Below, one piece after another: positions 46,369 through 58,226 of a DNA stretch of 64,000 bases (positions within the stretch are counted from its first letter, which is position 1; the number at the start of each line of letters is the position of its first letter). The notes under the pieces were generated by a model, which had not been told where the DNA came from, ran no database searches, and worked only from the letters and a program-made list of their open reading frames with translations. Source of the stretch: Thraustochytrium aureum (taxonomy: Eukaryota); the NCBI GenBank assembly GCA_012862495.1, contig BLSG01000428.1:1-64000 (forward strand). The letters run 5' to 3'. The translations under genes and the position numbers were made by a program.

Positions 46369-48150
46369 TCACCGCCTCACGAACGAGGTGAACCAACTGG
46401 CTGTTGATGATGCCCCGGCGCTACTGACCGCTGCCCGGCGCTCCCGAACAAGTTGCACTTCGTCTTGTGAAAACTGCAGAGCTGTTGCAAGGGCGGCCTC
46501 GATTGGTTCCCGCTCTGTCTCTGCGGCGCCCATGTACTTGAGCAATATGTTCTTGATGTACGCCCGCTCGGTCGCCGCGTTTTGCTGCTCAACCAGCACC
46601 CGGCGGTCGACCGTCGAGGCCCGTTTCGACCGAAGAGCGCTACGCTGGCTCGCTTCGTTGGCGACGTGGGGCACTGCTACAGACCCGTCACCCTGCGTAG
46701 GCGGTGAAAGAGAATCGGTGTCTGCAGTAGTTGCCTGTTCGATTGCGGCCAAGCGAGCCTGCAGCTCGGTCACTTTGGCATCCTTTTGCTCGAAAACGGA
46801 CAGCGTGTGTCGACGGTAGTTTTCGTACTCTCGCTCGAGCTTCGAATATTGATCGATCAGGGTTGAGCTTGAGCTACTTGCGCGCGCGTCGCCGAGCCTG
46901 TGCTGGCGATGGTCTCCTTTTGGGGCCTCCTCGAGATTGGGAGGCGCTAGCTGGCCATTTGCCTCGACAGACGAGATGTCGCCAGCAGCCCCCAGACGCC
47001 CTGCGCCGTTTGCAGGCGGCCGCGCAGCTTGGAGCCCGTCCAGCTTCTCTTGCAATGTGCGCACTTTCGCGACGAGTTGCTCGTTGCGCGATTGAAGGGC
47101 CCCAATCCTCTTGTCTGCCTCGACTTGGACCTTGGAGAGCCGCTCAATCTCTTGGTTTGCCGCGTCAACTTGCAAGTGATAGTCCTCACTTAGCACGTTG
47201 TGCTGTTTGAAGCGGAGCTGCTGGCCGGCAAGCTTGGCGATCTCAGCGTCCTTCTGCCGGCGCACAACTTCAGTTCGCACGCGGTACTTGCGGAACTTTT
47301 CGCGGACTGCCTCGAGCTCGGCCGCCACACGCGCTTGGCCGTCCAAGGCTTCAGCGCATTGCTTGGCGGACAGAGAAAGCCCTGGCAGATCGAACGGAAG
47401 CTCGTGGTCACCAACACGGCAGTACACCTCGTCCTCCTCCAACCACTCAACACACTTGTCGCGCCCCTCGGCGCTCGAATATTCAACTTGGCATAAGCAC
47501 CAAACTGGTCCATTCTCCTCGTGCTTGACGCGCACAAGGACGCTGACCGGTTTCGCGTCTCGCACGGGTTCATCGTTGTTTGTCGCAGCAAGTGCGTTCG
47601 CGTCACGGAGCCTTGTCTCGAGGTCGTCTATCCTGCGCTGGGCGCGCTTGGCCAGTGCGACAACCTTTTCTTGCCGATCGCGGAGCTCGAGGATTACCTT
47701 GTCCTGTTGCGCGACCTTGGCATTCCGCTCGGCGAGCTTGGTCTTGAGGTCCTCGATCGAGCGCTTCGCGACTGCGAGCAAGCGTTTCAGAAAGGCGGGG
47801 GAATCGCGCTTACCAACGTCTTCAGTAGCGCTATCGGTCGCTGTCGCCGGTGCTCCGCTCTCTGCTATCCCCGCCGGCGCGGCTGGGACTTGGCTGCTGG
47901 GCACGGCTGGAGCGCCTCCGGCACCGCCTCCTTCTTCACCGGCGCTAAACGCATCGTCCGGGGCAGCGTCGCTTGCTTCCAACGCAGCTTCGGGCTCCAA
48001 AGCGCTCTGCTCGGCACCTGCATGCGCGGCGCTAGCGTCCAAGCCGTGGCCGCCGTCCGGGGCAGACAGCGATGAGCTTGAGCTGCCTTCCTCCTCGCCG
48101 TCCGAGTCCTCCTCCGAGATGAAGACAGCGGCGGGAGCGTCGTCGTCCAT
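46369..48150 (-). CDS. GRIP-domain golgin-like coiled-coil protein
   Basis: Long heptad coiled coils, with C-terminal AYIKNILLKYM...LATALQFSQDE...W. Confidence 0.88.
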   Translation of the reverse strand: MDDDAPAAVFISEEDSDGEEEGSSSSSLSAPDGGHGLDASAAHAGAEQSALEPEAALEASDAAPDDAFSAGEEGGGAGGAPAVPSSQVPAAPAGIAESGAPATATDSATEDVGKRDSPAFLKRLLAVAKRSIEDLKTKLAERNAKVAQQDKVILELRDRQEKVVALAKRAQRRIDDLETRLRDANALAATNNDEPVRDAKPVSVLVRVKHEENGPVWCLCQVEYSSAEGRDKCVEWLEEDEVYCRVGDHELPFDLPGLSLSAKQCAEALDGQARVAAELEAVREKFRKYRVRTEVVRRQKDAEIAKLAGQQLRFKQHNVLSEDYHLQVDAANQEIERLSKVQVEADKRIGALQSRNEQLVAKVRTLQEKLDGLQAARPPANGAGRLGAAGDISSVEANGQLAPPNLEEAPKGDHRQHRLGDARASSSSSTLIDQYSKLEREYENYRRHTLSVFEQKDAKVTELQARLAAIEQATTADTDSLSPPTQGDGSVAVPHVANEASQRSALRSKRASTVDRRVLVEQQNAATERAYIKNILLKYMGAAETEREPIEAALATALQFSQDEVQLVRERRAAVSSAGASSTASWFTSFVRR

Positions 48151-50150
48151 CGCGCTGCGCCCTCGCCGCAAGTTGCCCAGCTCACGCTCGCCCAAGTGCG
48201 CGTCGCATCCGGCTCTGCTGCCCAGCGCGAGCTCTTGGACTGTCAACAATCATGATCAGAACGAAAGAAGGACGACATGATCACCGTGACGGTGAGGGCA
48301 CTGAGCACGCAGTTGAGTACAGAGGGTACTTAGTCATCGAGCACCTACTTGGTGAGGATCAATCCCAGCACGCTGCGCTCTCCGCCTGCATCCACCCACG
48401 CCAGTGCTGCGTTGCCCTGCGTTGCGCTGCGTTGGACGAGCTGCGTTGGGCGAGCAGGGTTGGGCGAGCTGGGTTGGGAGTTTTGCTCGCGGTGTGAGCC
48501 GCTCGGTTCCCGCTGCAGCCCGGCTCCCTGGCCTGGACGCGCTTGGTGGCTACGCCCGTGGCGTCAGCAATCGGCACATGCAGCAAAACAGGCCGCTATA
48601 CTGTACATTCGACAGCACCTTGGCGTTCTGTTTTCGCTTGCAATCGTCAGCCGGTGCAGATGTGGGAAATGTAGAGTGGATTGGCCGGTGGTCGCCGAGT
48701 TGGTGAACGAACGCTGCGATACCTTTGGAAAAGCCAAGTCCAGGCCTCCAATTCTGCCGCGAGGACTCGCCTCTCTTTAGATCGAGGGACTTGACATTTT
48801 TTCGCAGCGCCCGCTTGAATTGGTGCTGCAGTGAATTTCGGCGCAGACCATGCTGCTTGGCGAGTGCGTCCATGCCGCAGATTTGTGTCCCCGTCTCGAA
48901 CGCGCCGCCATCGCGACAAAAGCTCAGGGTTGCAGTCTATCTTTTTTTCCGACTGCGAAGACCATTGTGCTGCAGCTGTGTTCATCGCTCACGTTGGAGA
49001 CCCTGCACGGCTTCTTATGTGGCAAGTCTCGAGGCCCATCAGTCGTGTCATTCTTGACTCCCCCTCCATTCTCTTTCTCTAGCTGGAGAGACAGGCTCAG
49101 CCAAGGCGCCAACCCATGTCAAAAGAAAAGAGCCTCCTTGCTTGTCCCACAAAACGGATACGAGCGGGAGACAGCGCTTCATAGATCGTCAGGCTCGCAC
49201 CGGGCTCGTGAATCATAGTGTAAGATCGCCATGACCCTCCTGTACTCGTTTGTCGGTACTCGTACATACTAGGGCTAAGCGGAAAAGGAAAACTGGATGA
49301 TGCTCCAGACATCCAAGGTTTTCTTGGGCTACAACAACGGAGAAGACCCCAAACGCTTGGCTGCCTCCTTGAAATGAGGCTTCCTTGCGCGCGACAGAAG
49401 CCGCGTGTTGAAGAGAGATANNNNNNNNNNNNNNNNNNNNNNNNNNNNNNNNNNNNNNNNNNNNNNNNNNNNNNNNNNNNNNNNNNNNNNNNNNNNNNNN
49501 NNNNNNNNNNNNNNNNNNNNNNNNNNNNNNNNNNNNNNNNNNNNNNNNNNNNNNNNNNNNNNNNNNNNNNNNNNNNNNNNNNNNNNNNNNNNNNNNNNNN
49601 NNNNNNNNNNNNNNNNNNNNNNNNNNNNNNNNNNNNNNNNNNNNNNNNNNNNNNNNNNNNNNNNNNNNNNNNNNNNNNNNNNNNNNNNNNNNNNNNNNNN
49701 NNNNNNNNNNNNNNNNNNNNNNNNNNNNNNNNNNNNNNNNNNNNNNNNNNNNNNNNNNNNNNNNNNNNNNNNNNNNNNNNNNNNNNNNNNNNNNNNNNNN
49801 NNNNNNNNNNNNNNNNNNNNNNNNNNNNNNNNNNNNNNNNNNNNNNNNNNNNNNNNNNNNNNNNNNNNNNNNNNNNNNNNNNNNNNNNNNNNNNNNNNNN
49901 NNNNNNNNNNNNNNNNNNNNNNNNNNNNNNNNNNNNNNNNNNNNNNNNNNNNNNNNNNNNNNNNNNNNNNNNNNNNNNNNNNNNNNNNNNNNNNNNNNNN
50001 NNNNNNNNNNNNNNNNNNNNNNNNNNNNNNNNNNNNNNNNNNNNNNNNNNNNNNNNNNNNNNNNNNNNNNCAAGTCAAAGGTGGGGCGAACTCTATGGGC
50101 TAGGCTCGCAGTCTCGTTGACAACCAGCAACGATCAAGAGAGAAGCAGAG

Positions 50151-52430
50151 ATGATAGGTGCTTGGCGCCTCGCCCTCATTGCGATCGCGATCGGGTGGGC
50201 TGGACACGCAAACGGCGCTTGTCTGGAAGGCAATGCCCCACTGTACCGCAAGGGAGATCTCTCTTGCTCGGAGCTTGCGGAAGAGAGTCTCGGATCCTTT
50301 GAGCAGGTGAAGGACATCTGCATGTCCGACATCAGGGTCAGCAGTTCTGATTGTCTGCGGGCCGGTGGTCAGCTCCAACAGGCCACGCTGTGCGAGGATA
50401 AGGGCATGAAGCTGTGCAGTTTGGCCGCCCTCGGAGACGTGAATTTGCAATTCTCAACGGCATACAAGGACTGCGGCGGCAACCGCATTCGAGACAAAAA
50501 GATGTGGACGTCAACCCCGTGCACAATGCAAAACGGAGACGTGTCGTTTTACAACTTTCAGCGCACCAGTTCTACAGCATCAAAGGTACTCTGCGACAGC
50601 AACATCGGAGTCTCATTGCACGCCTTGTGCTGTGGCGTTGAAGCCAAAGAGGTGTGTGAGCAGTGCCCTGCCTTTGCCTATGACGAAAAGGCTTTCGGGA
50701 TCGACCGTTGCGTTTGCGCCTCGGGCTACACGGAGTCGTTTGATACCTCCAACAAGATGACCTGTGTGTCAAACAGGGCAATTGGTTTGAACACGTGCCA
50801 GGCGAACTCTTACGGAACACTTCCCAGCTTCAGCTCGTGCGGGGCATACTCAGAGACGACGATGACAGCTCTAGCGTCTGGATCGTCTTGCCAAGTCCAC
50901 GTGGAGAAGTCAGAATTTTGCCCCGTCCCACTCAGAAACAAATACGTGGACCATGACTTTGCGACGTCGTTCTGCGCAACCGCTGGAGCTCGACTCTGCA
51001 CGGTTTCAGAGCTACTCGAGCAACCGAGTTCAGTCCTCAACAAGGTCAGATGCGCGGCCGAAAACGCTGTGAGCTGGTCCAACGAGAAATGCTACTCAAC
51101 CAAAGGGACCGCTTACTGGGCTGTCGACATGACGCGGAAAACGCGCGAGAAAGTTTGCATACTCGAGGCCGCGAGGGAGTCGAGCCTCGGTCGAACTGGC
51201 TTTCGCTGCTGCGCCGATAATGCGGTGGGAGCGGCCAAGTGCCTCACTTGCCCGGAAAACGCCGCGAGCGCGTCGGGCTCGAGCGATTTTTCAGCATGTA
51301 TCTGCCCAGTCAACCGGAGGGTAGAAAGTGGCGCGTGCGCCCCTCCAGTTCCGTCACCCGCGCCCTGTCCCGTAAACCAATACAGGAAGACGAGTTTGAC
51401 TTCTTGCGAGACATTCCTGGCCTACTTTCCGGAACGTTGGCGAAAAAGCAGGGGGGGCATATGCACCGCCGTGAGAGACAGCGCTGGGGCGTGCTACATT
51501 GCGAAAAACTACGCCACAGCAAAGGCGGCCTGCGCCGCCGATGGAGCTCGACTCTGCACAATCACAGAGATCAGCAAAAAAACGCTCAACTCGCACGGCA
51601 AGTCATGCGCCAACCCGCACATTTGGTCCAGTAGCAAGTGCTGCGAGGACTTTTTCGGCAAAACGTCCTGTGACATGACAAGCGGCCATGCAGTGCTCTC
51701 AACTACGGCCGCGTCGAAATCGCTTCAATGCGCGCCAGACTCTGGGACGTTCAAGTTTGCCTGCTGCGCGGACACTGTTGATGCAGGTGTATGCAGCTCC
51801 TGCCCGGATGGCTCGACGGCGTCGTCTGGCGCCAATACGCTGGATTCCTGCACGTGCTCCGGCGCGACTTCGTACATGAAGGACGACGAATGCAAAGTGT
51901 CGGCTGACAAGGTCTGTGATGCCAACACGTACCTCGGCTCGCGCAAGTCTCTCTCGCAGCTCGGACTCAAGCGGAGCTGGCGCAAGGGACGCAGGATCGC
52001 TGCCACCTCCAAGCCTGGGAGCTCTGCTTGCTCTGCCTACCAAGGGAAGACGTTTGCGCAGGCCAAGACCATCTGTGAGAACGCCGGAATGAGGCTATGC
52101 GAAACCTCGTTCGAGCTGCGCCGGGGTCTTGTGTTCCGCAACGACAAGTGCAATCGCCTTGTCACGACGCTCGCGTGGACTGGGAAGCGCTGCGCGAATG
52201 GCAGAATCTGGGTCTCCACTGGTACGGCTGCCGATGACAAGTGCATCACTGAAAGCAGTACTTCTGCTGTTGTGTGCTGTTCTGACGCGCGAGAGAATAT
52301 GTGCTTGCCGTGTCCAGAGAATGCAGCCTCAATCGCTGGAAGTACGTCCATGGACCGCTGCTCTTGCACAACGAGTCTTGATGTGGCCTCGACGAACTCG
52401 AACCAACCCATGTGCACGGTTCCCACGTAG
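50151..52430 (+). CDS. Secreted Cys-rich modular protein: four lectin-like G(A/M)RLC modules interleaved with GCC2/GCC3 (ephrin-receptor-like) repeats
   Basis: Signal peptide MIGAWRLALIAIAIGWAGHANG. Four C...G(A/M)(R/K)LC...W....C...CC units, and CxxCPxxxxSxxGS..CxC repeats. Intact 759-aa ORF. Confidence 0.85.
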   Translation: MIGAWRLALIAIAIGWAGHANGACLEGNAPLYRKGDLSCSELAEESLGSFEQVKDICMSDIRVSSSDCLRAGGQLQQATLCEDKGMKLCSLAALGDVNLQFSTAYKDCGGNRIRDKKMWTSTPCTMQNGDVSFYNFQRTSSTASKVLCDSNIGVSLHALCCGVEAKEVCEQCPAFAYDEKAFGIDRCVCASGYTESFDTSNKMTCVSNRAIGLNTCQANSYGTLPSFSSCGAYSETTMTALASGSSCQVHVEKSEFCPVPLRNKYVDHDFATSFCATAGARLCTVSELLEQPSSVLNKVRCAAENAVSWSNEKCYSTKGTAYWAVDMTRKTREKVCILEAARESSLGRTGFRCCADNAVGAAKCLTCPENAASASGSSDFSACICPVNRRVESGACAPPVPSPAPCPVNQYRKTSLTSCETFLAYFPERWRKSRGGICTAVRDSAGACYIAKNYATAKAACAADGARLCTITEISKKTLNSHGKSCANPHIWSSSKCCEDFFGKTSCDMTSGHAVLSTTAASKSLQCAPDSGTFKFACCADTVDAGVCSSCPDGSTASSGANTLDSCTCSGATSYMKDDECKVSADKVCDANTYLGSRKSLSQLGLKRSWRKGRRIAATSKPGSSACSAYQGKTFAQAKTICENAGMRLCETSFELRRGLVFRNDKCNRLVTTLAWTGKRCANGRIWVSTGTAADDKCITESSTSAVVCCSDARENMCLPCPENAASIAGSTSMDRCSCTTSLDVASTNSNQPMCTVPT

Positions 52431-52915
52431 ACTGCCCAGTGGCGACTCAAAGGACACCCAACATACCCAACTTCTGCTGTGAGTCGACGATCGCATGCCA
52501 GCCGCCTGCCTGCTTCGCGCACAGTGATGTGGGGAATGGCTTGTAGTCAAGTCGAGTCCTTGCCCTGCTTTCACAAGCACTTTAAATCAAACACTTGGGG
52601 CGAGATACCGAGATGCAGAGGTCACGGAGTAGGGAGGCCTCTTGTCTGCCTGAACGCATGATGTACATGCCCATCTCCTCCCGTAGTTGCCTTGCCATTC
52701 TCGATGATCACAATGGCCTCGCTTGTCTTCGAAGAAATCCGTCGCGAGGCCCGAAGACGTCGATGTCGAGACGCGAAGGCGTCCAACTTGAGGCCTGATG
52801 TCGAGACCCGAAGACATTCGTCCGAAGGAGCGAAGCCAGGTGCTTGCCATCCATCATCCGTCCCGACGCGCAGACCAAGGTCTTCAAGAGACATGCTCGG
52901 TATTGAAATCCAAGT

Positions 52916-55900
52916 ATGGCGCTGCGGAACGCACTGCCGTGGCCAACAGCACCAGCCGCAGTTCTCCCACGCGCGAAGGCGATGCGCGCTCGCAGGGGCG
53001 GCCCTGCCCAGCGCCGGGACGCGCCGAGGGTGCCCGAGCCCTACGTGGCGCGCCTTAGCCAGCCCCCCGCGAGGAACGGGGCGCAGCATCTGGCAAGCCA
53101 CGCTGCGGCGCCCGTCGAAACCGCGTTCGCCGCGCCAGAGCGGCGTCCTGCGCTTGCAGGAGCCAGGGGCAAAGCAGGCATCGGCAGGCTGGCCACTGCG
53201 GGGCGATCGCAAGCTCCGAGTAAGCGCCCTCGCACAGAACCAAGCTCAGGGAGTCGGAGCGCAGAGCTGGGGTTCGGCCGCGCCTCTTTGGCTCCACCCT
53301 CAGCCGAGAGCAACGAGGACAATCGCCTGCACAAGCGCCTCGAGCTAGACTATGGTTCGGACTTTAACGCGGTGGTGCTGCGCGAGCTGTATCGAAGCCG
53401 CGAGCGCAGGAGTGGGGCAACAGAGCACCTTTCTGCGCTGCCCATCCGCTTTGCCTCGACGCAGGCAGCTCAAGCAGCGTTCCAGCCACTGATTGTCGAG
53501 GAGGCGCTGGAGACGATCAGGAACGGCTTCACGCGGGAGGAGCGAGCGTCGCTCTGAAGGTGGCCTTTGCGCGCAAGGAAAATGGCGGGGGGCGCGTCTC
53601 GTTTGCCTTCAAGATCCTCGGCGATCTTGGCAAGGTGCGGTCTCGCACACTTACGCCGAGCACGATGTACGAGCTTTGCGAGAAGAACGGCTCGCTCCGC
53701 GTCCAAGGCTTGGTATCCCCGCAGTCCCGTACGCTTCAAACAGGAGAGCTTGTGTTGGACATGCGCCTCTCCCAGTTGGAGGAATCAGGAATGCGCGTTG
53801 GAACTGAGATGTGGGCGCACGCTGGCCCGAACCTTGTGACGTTGGAGCGAATGTTTGCAGCGAGCGTTCCTGCCAAAGCCCTTGGGTTTGAGCAGACCCT
53901 CCTCACTGGCGGTTCAACGCGCGCGCCTGTTGCTGCAGAGTTCCAGAAACCGAGTTCTGGGTATGACTCGTCTTCGTCGTCTTCGTCGTCCTCCACTTCC
54001 TCCTCCTCATCGTCGTCGTCATCGTCTTCGTCGCGCGCTTCCTCCCACGCGAAGAGCAGCCGCGTTGGTGGGGGCCAGTCTGCCAAGGCAGCGTGCAGTA
54101 GCAGCCCCGACGACAAGGAATGGAGCGCCCCGGCGGATTCCTCGCTTGTCGGCTTATCGAAGCTGAACGCGTCACAGCGTAACGCTGTACTGGAGGTCGT
54201 CGAGACCGACCAGCCGAGCCTTCACCTGTGGCAGGGCCCTCCCGGGAGTGGAAAAACGCGCACCATCGCTGCGCTCGTGGAGACAATCATGCGGCGCAAC
54301 GCAGCGGCTCGCGAGGCATTCCAACGGTCTCGAGTTCTGATGTCCGGACCGTCAAACCAATCCGTTCAAGTCTTGCTGGACAAGGTGATCGCCACGTGCG
54401 CCAACGATCGGCTGCGACTACCGCGTCTCGCGCTTGCCGCCGTGGAGGATGCCGTGCCCGCTCGTTTGGACGCCCACTTTGTTCACCGGTTCCTGCCCCG
54501 CATCTGCAGCATGATCGACGCTGTGACGCTGAGCGAAGTGCAGGTCCCGCCGAGCTTGCGTGAGCTGCTCGAGAGCTTTGCCGTACTCAGAGCCCGAATG
54601 CCTCGAACGTGGTTGCGGCTTGGATTCGAGAAGCAAGTGAAGGATCTGACCAATCTGCTGCACGTGGTGTCCAGCGCAGCGCGGCGAAGCGGCGAGGCTC
54701 TGGACTTGCGGGGCGCTGCTGCGACAAGGGCCATCATTGTCGTTAGTGATGGAGAGGAGAGCGATCTCCAAAGCGCGAGTCGCAGCAGCTCCTCGTCCAG
54801 CAAGAGCAGCACCACGAGCGAAAGCAGCTCGTCGTCCAGCAGCTCGTCGTCCAGCAGCTCGAGCGGCAGCTCCAGCAGCAGCAGCAGTAGCTTTGACAGC
54901 AGCGACGACGAAGGCGTCTCGGGCAGCACCAACACCGCTGGGATTTCGAGCTTCAATGCGTTTGCGCAACGAACGCTTCGGCAGTGGCGAACCAAGCTCA
55001 ATCACCTCATCCGAAATGATACTGCTGCGTTCGCGGCAGAGCAAGAGTTTCTCGAGACAGCAGAGCTGATCTTTTGCACGCTCGCCGTAGCTGGTCGGGG
55101 AGGGCTGCAGCGCGCAGTGAAGCGGGAGGTTGGCATTGACTATTTGATCATCGACGAGGCGTGCCAGTCAGTCGAGGCCGAGACGTGGATTGCACTGCAA
55201 TGCGAACCGAAGCATTTGGTGCTTGTCGGGGACCCCAAGCAGCTGAGCGCGACGGTGCTTTCTCGGCGAGCAGTGGCGTGCCACTTCCAACGGCCGCTCA
55301 TGGAGCGTCTGATGGCGTGCGATTTTCCGTACCGAATGCTCGATGTGCAGTACCGCATGCACCCTGAGATATCACGGTTCCCCTGCCAGATGTACTACGG
55401 TGGACGCTTGCGGGATGGCGCCATCGTGTCGCAGCGAAGCCCCGTTTTGCCAGCGTATGGGCCGTGCCTGTTCTTCAACGTTGAGGATGGCACTGAAGTT
55501 GGGAACTCGAAGGGGAGTTTGAGTAATGCCCAAGAGGCGGGCTTTGTTTCCAAGCTTGTGGGCGAGCTTGGAGCTCACGGGGTTGGCGGCGAGCTTTCGT
55601 GCATTGTGATCACATTCTATACACGGCAGGTCGAGGAGATTCAGCGCGCGCTTTCCGCGGGCGGAATCAGCCGCGTCACCGTTTCCACGGTCGACAGCTT
55701 CCAGGGCTCCGAAGCCGACGTGGTGATCTTGTCATTCGTGCGCGCCAACTCGCGCGCCGCCGTCGGGTTTTTGAGCCAACCGCAGCGGCTGAACGTTGCG
55801 ATCACCCGCGCAAAGCGAGCTTTGTTCATGGTTGGAAATCTGAGGACGCTGCGTGGCTGCGCAAGCGCAGACTTGCGCGATCTTGTGACCAACATGAGTA

Positions 55901-56052
55901 GTCGAAACCTTGTGCGGCATGTTCGAGCGGGGCAGGTTTTGAGGACCGAGGGTGCCTCAGAGACTAGTAGTAGCGTGAACGAGCTGGATTTTGGGCCAGC
56001 ACCTTTCGTGAGGCGGAAGCGCTCTGGTGATGCTAGGAACGGCAAAGAGTAG
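52916..56052 (+). CDS. SF1B Sen1/Upf1-like helicase (frameshift near 53555; start uncertain, possibly 52713)
   Basis: LPIRFAS...FQPLIVEE, LNASQ, QGPPGSGKT, IIDEACQ, LVGDPKQL, QYRMHP, TVDSFQGSE, RLNVAITRAK. Confidence 0.92.
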
Positions 56053-56389
56053 TTTCGTTGCGTACTCGAGCTCTCTGGAGCTAGCCAGTCCAAGCAGATT
56101 TGCCGATCTGGCGTTCGGTATTCCTCGTTCTTGCCTTCGCCTCGCGTTTCATCTCGCGGACACAACAATCCAAAAGTCACAGCACAGCGCTAGTAGGAGG
56201 TATATGCGCCAGGCCAGCCCGCCAGGCCGCCCGCCCGCCCGCCAGTCAGCCAGCCAGCCAGCCGTGGCAGTACTCGAGTATGGCACAGTACCCTCAAGGA
56301 AGTGGAGCGCCGTTTGCTTGCATTTTTATCTCGAGCTCACTACCTACCCAACACACGGACGCCGAGTTCCCAATGGGGGCCGCGGAAGA

Positions 56390-58226
56390 TCAGCCGGCCC
56401 CGCAAATTGTGGGCCGCTTCTCGCCCTTGAGGATGTCAAGCCCGTCGCTCCCGTGCGCTTTCCGGTGCGTCACAAACTTGCGCAGGAGCTCGTGTGCGTT
56501 GACCTGGCGAACAAACTCCTTCTGCGCAAAATTGTAGATCATGCGCACAAAGGCGTCCCGACCGTAGTTGTGGATGTACCGTTGGATATTGTGGCAAATC
56601 TCCTGGTCCACTGCACTCGAGTCTTCGAGACGGCACTGAAAGTTCGGGCAACGCGCGCGGACATGATAAAAGGCAAGTGCGCGCCCTGCGTGAGCAGCGT
56701 ACTGATAAAACTCCACCTTGGACAGCTTTTGAATGTCCACAGAGACCTGGTGCTTGCTCTTTTCGCGCACAATGTACGCATCGTCTTCGTATGTGGTCCA
56801 ACCGTAAAACAGGTTTGCATATGGCCAGGCGCTGCGCTCTGCATCCACAGCGCGCTTGCCTTCTTGGGATTTCGTGTAGGCATACCTGAAGAAGACCTCC
56901 AGGACCGAGTTTACCTCCTGCTTGACCTCGAGGACGATGTTTCCAAAGGCCTCTTCATAGCGGCCCTTGATGAGGACATAGAAGCGGCGAAGGCCGATCG
57001 AGCCCGTCCCGCTCCCCTCCTTGCGCGCAACTGCCAGGACTTTGTAAAAGTCCCTCACGTTTGGGTACTTTGCCAGCGCGGCGACACCATGATACAGCCA
57101 CGCGTCGATCGAGGCCTGGAAAACGGGGAGCACAGACTCGGGGAGCGGGTGAATCCCGCGCTTTGCGTTTGTCTTGAACTGGTTGCGATCAAGATCGACC
57201 GACATGTTTTCCTCGAGCCACTGGCGCGACTCGTCCGGGTCGTCCATCTTGCGGGCCTTTTTGAAGGCGCTCTCGATCACCGTGGCGTTCTCCAGCACGT
57301 ACGCGCTGCCCTCGAGAAAGCGCTCTGTGTTGAGATAGACGCAGTCGGGCCGGTCGAGTACGGTGTTTATGTAGGCCTCCACAAACGTGAGCGTGATCCC
57401 CGCTACGTCGCTGATGCCCCAGCCGCGAGTCGAGGCCCCGAGGGCGAACCCGGTCGCGCCGCGCTTGAGGTCCCAGCTGAAGGGGGTCAGAAACGATTGG
57501 TCAAAGTCGTTGACGCCCCACACAAGGTCCCCCGTTGTGCCGCGTTTCTCCACATTGTTGCTTGCTTGGACCATTACACCAAAGTTTTCTGCACGGAGTG
57601 CACGGCGTCAGGCTGCCTGGTGACGGCGGGAGCGAGCGGGCGCCGAGCGGAGCCAAAATCGGGCAATTCAACGTACCTGGATGACAGTCCCCATTTGAAT
57701 AAACCCGGGGCATGTCGAGCTTCTTGCGGGTAAAGTTTTTGTCCTCGCACATCATGTTGTAGTCGAAAAACGAGGCAGCGCCTCGGAAGAACACAAACGG
57801 GCTCTCTTCGGAGACCTTTTCCACTTTGCTCGCGACAGCGTCCCTGTTGGACTCTAGCAGCGCCGCGGCGCAGTTTTCGATTTGGAATGCTGTCTTGAGG
57901 CGGTCGAGCCCCTTGCGCTCGCAGTCGACGAGATCGAGGTACTCGCCGGGGCACCATCCGTTGCAGAGCTTGGTCAAGTTGTCCGGCCCGCCCAGCGCGT
58001 CGGAGCTATCGAAAGTCTCTTCGTAGGCGTCGTCCTTTTCGGCGTGCGGTTCGGGCCACGGCTCGAAACGTGCGGTTGCGGTGAAGGTCTTGTCACCAGC
58101 ATGTCCTTTGAGGGCGCCATTCGGAGGGCTCGGCCCGCTCGGGTAGCGGTCAGCCGCGGATCTCGTAAGCGCGACCACAGCAACGACAGCCGCGGCGCCA
58201 CCGAGGAGCGCGCGCCAGGGCAGCTT
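56390..58226 (-). CDS. DUF2252-like kinase-fold protein with an N-terminal membrane anchor; intron 57676-57589; 5' end in or before the gap
   Basis: SPFVFFRGAA, GDCHP|ENFG, VNDFDQ, PFSWDLKR, GTGSIGLRRFYVL, LEVKQ. Hydrophobic segment LLGGAAAVVAVVAL. Confidence 0.82.
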
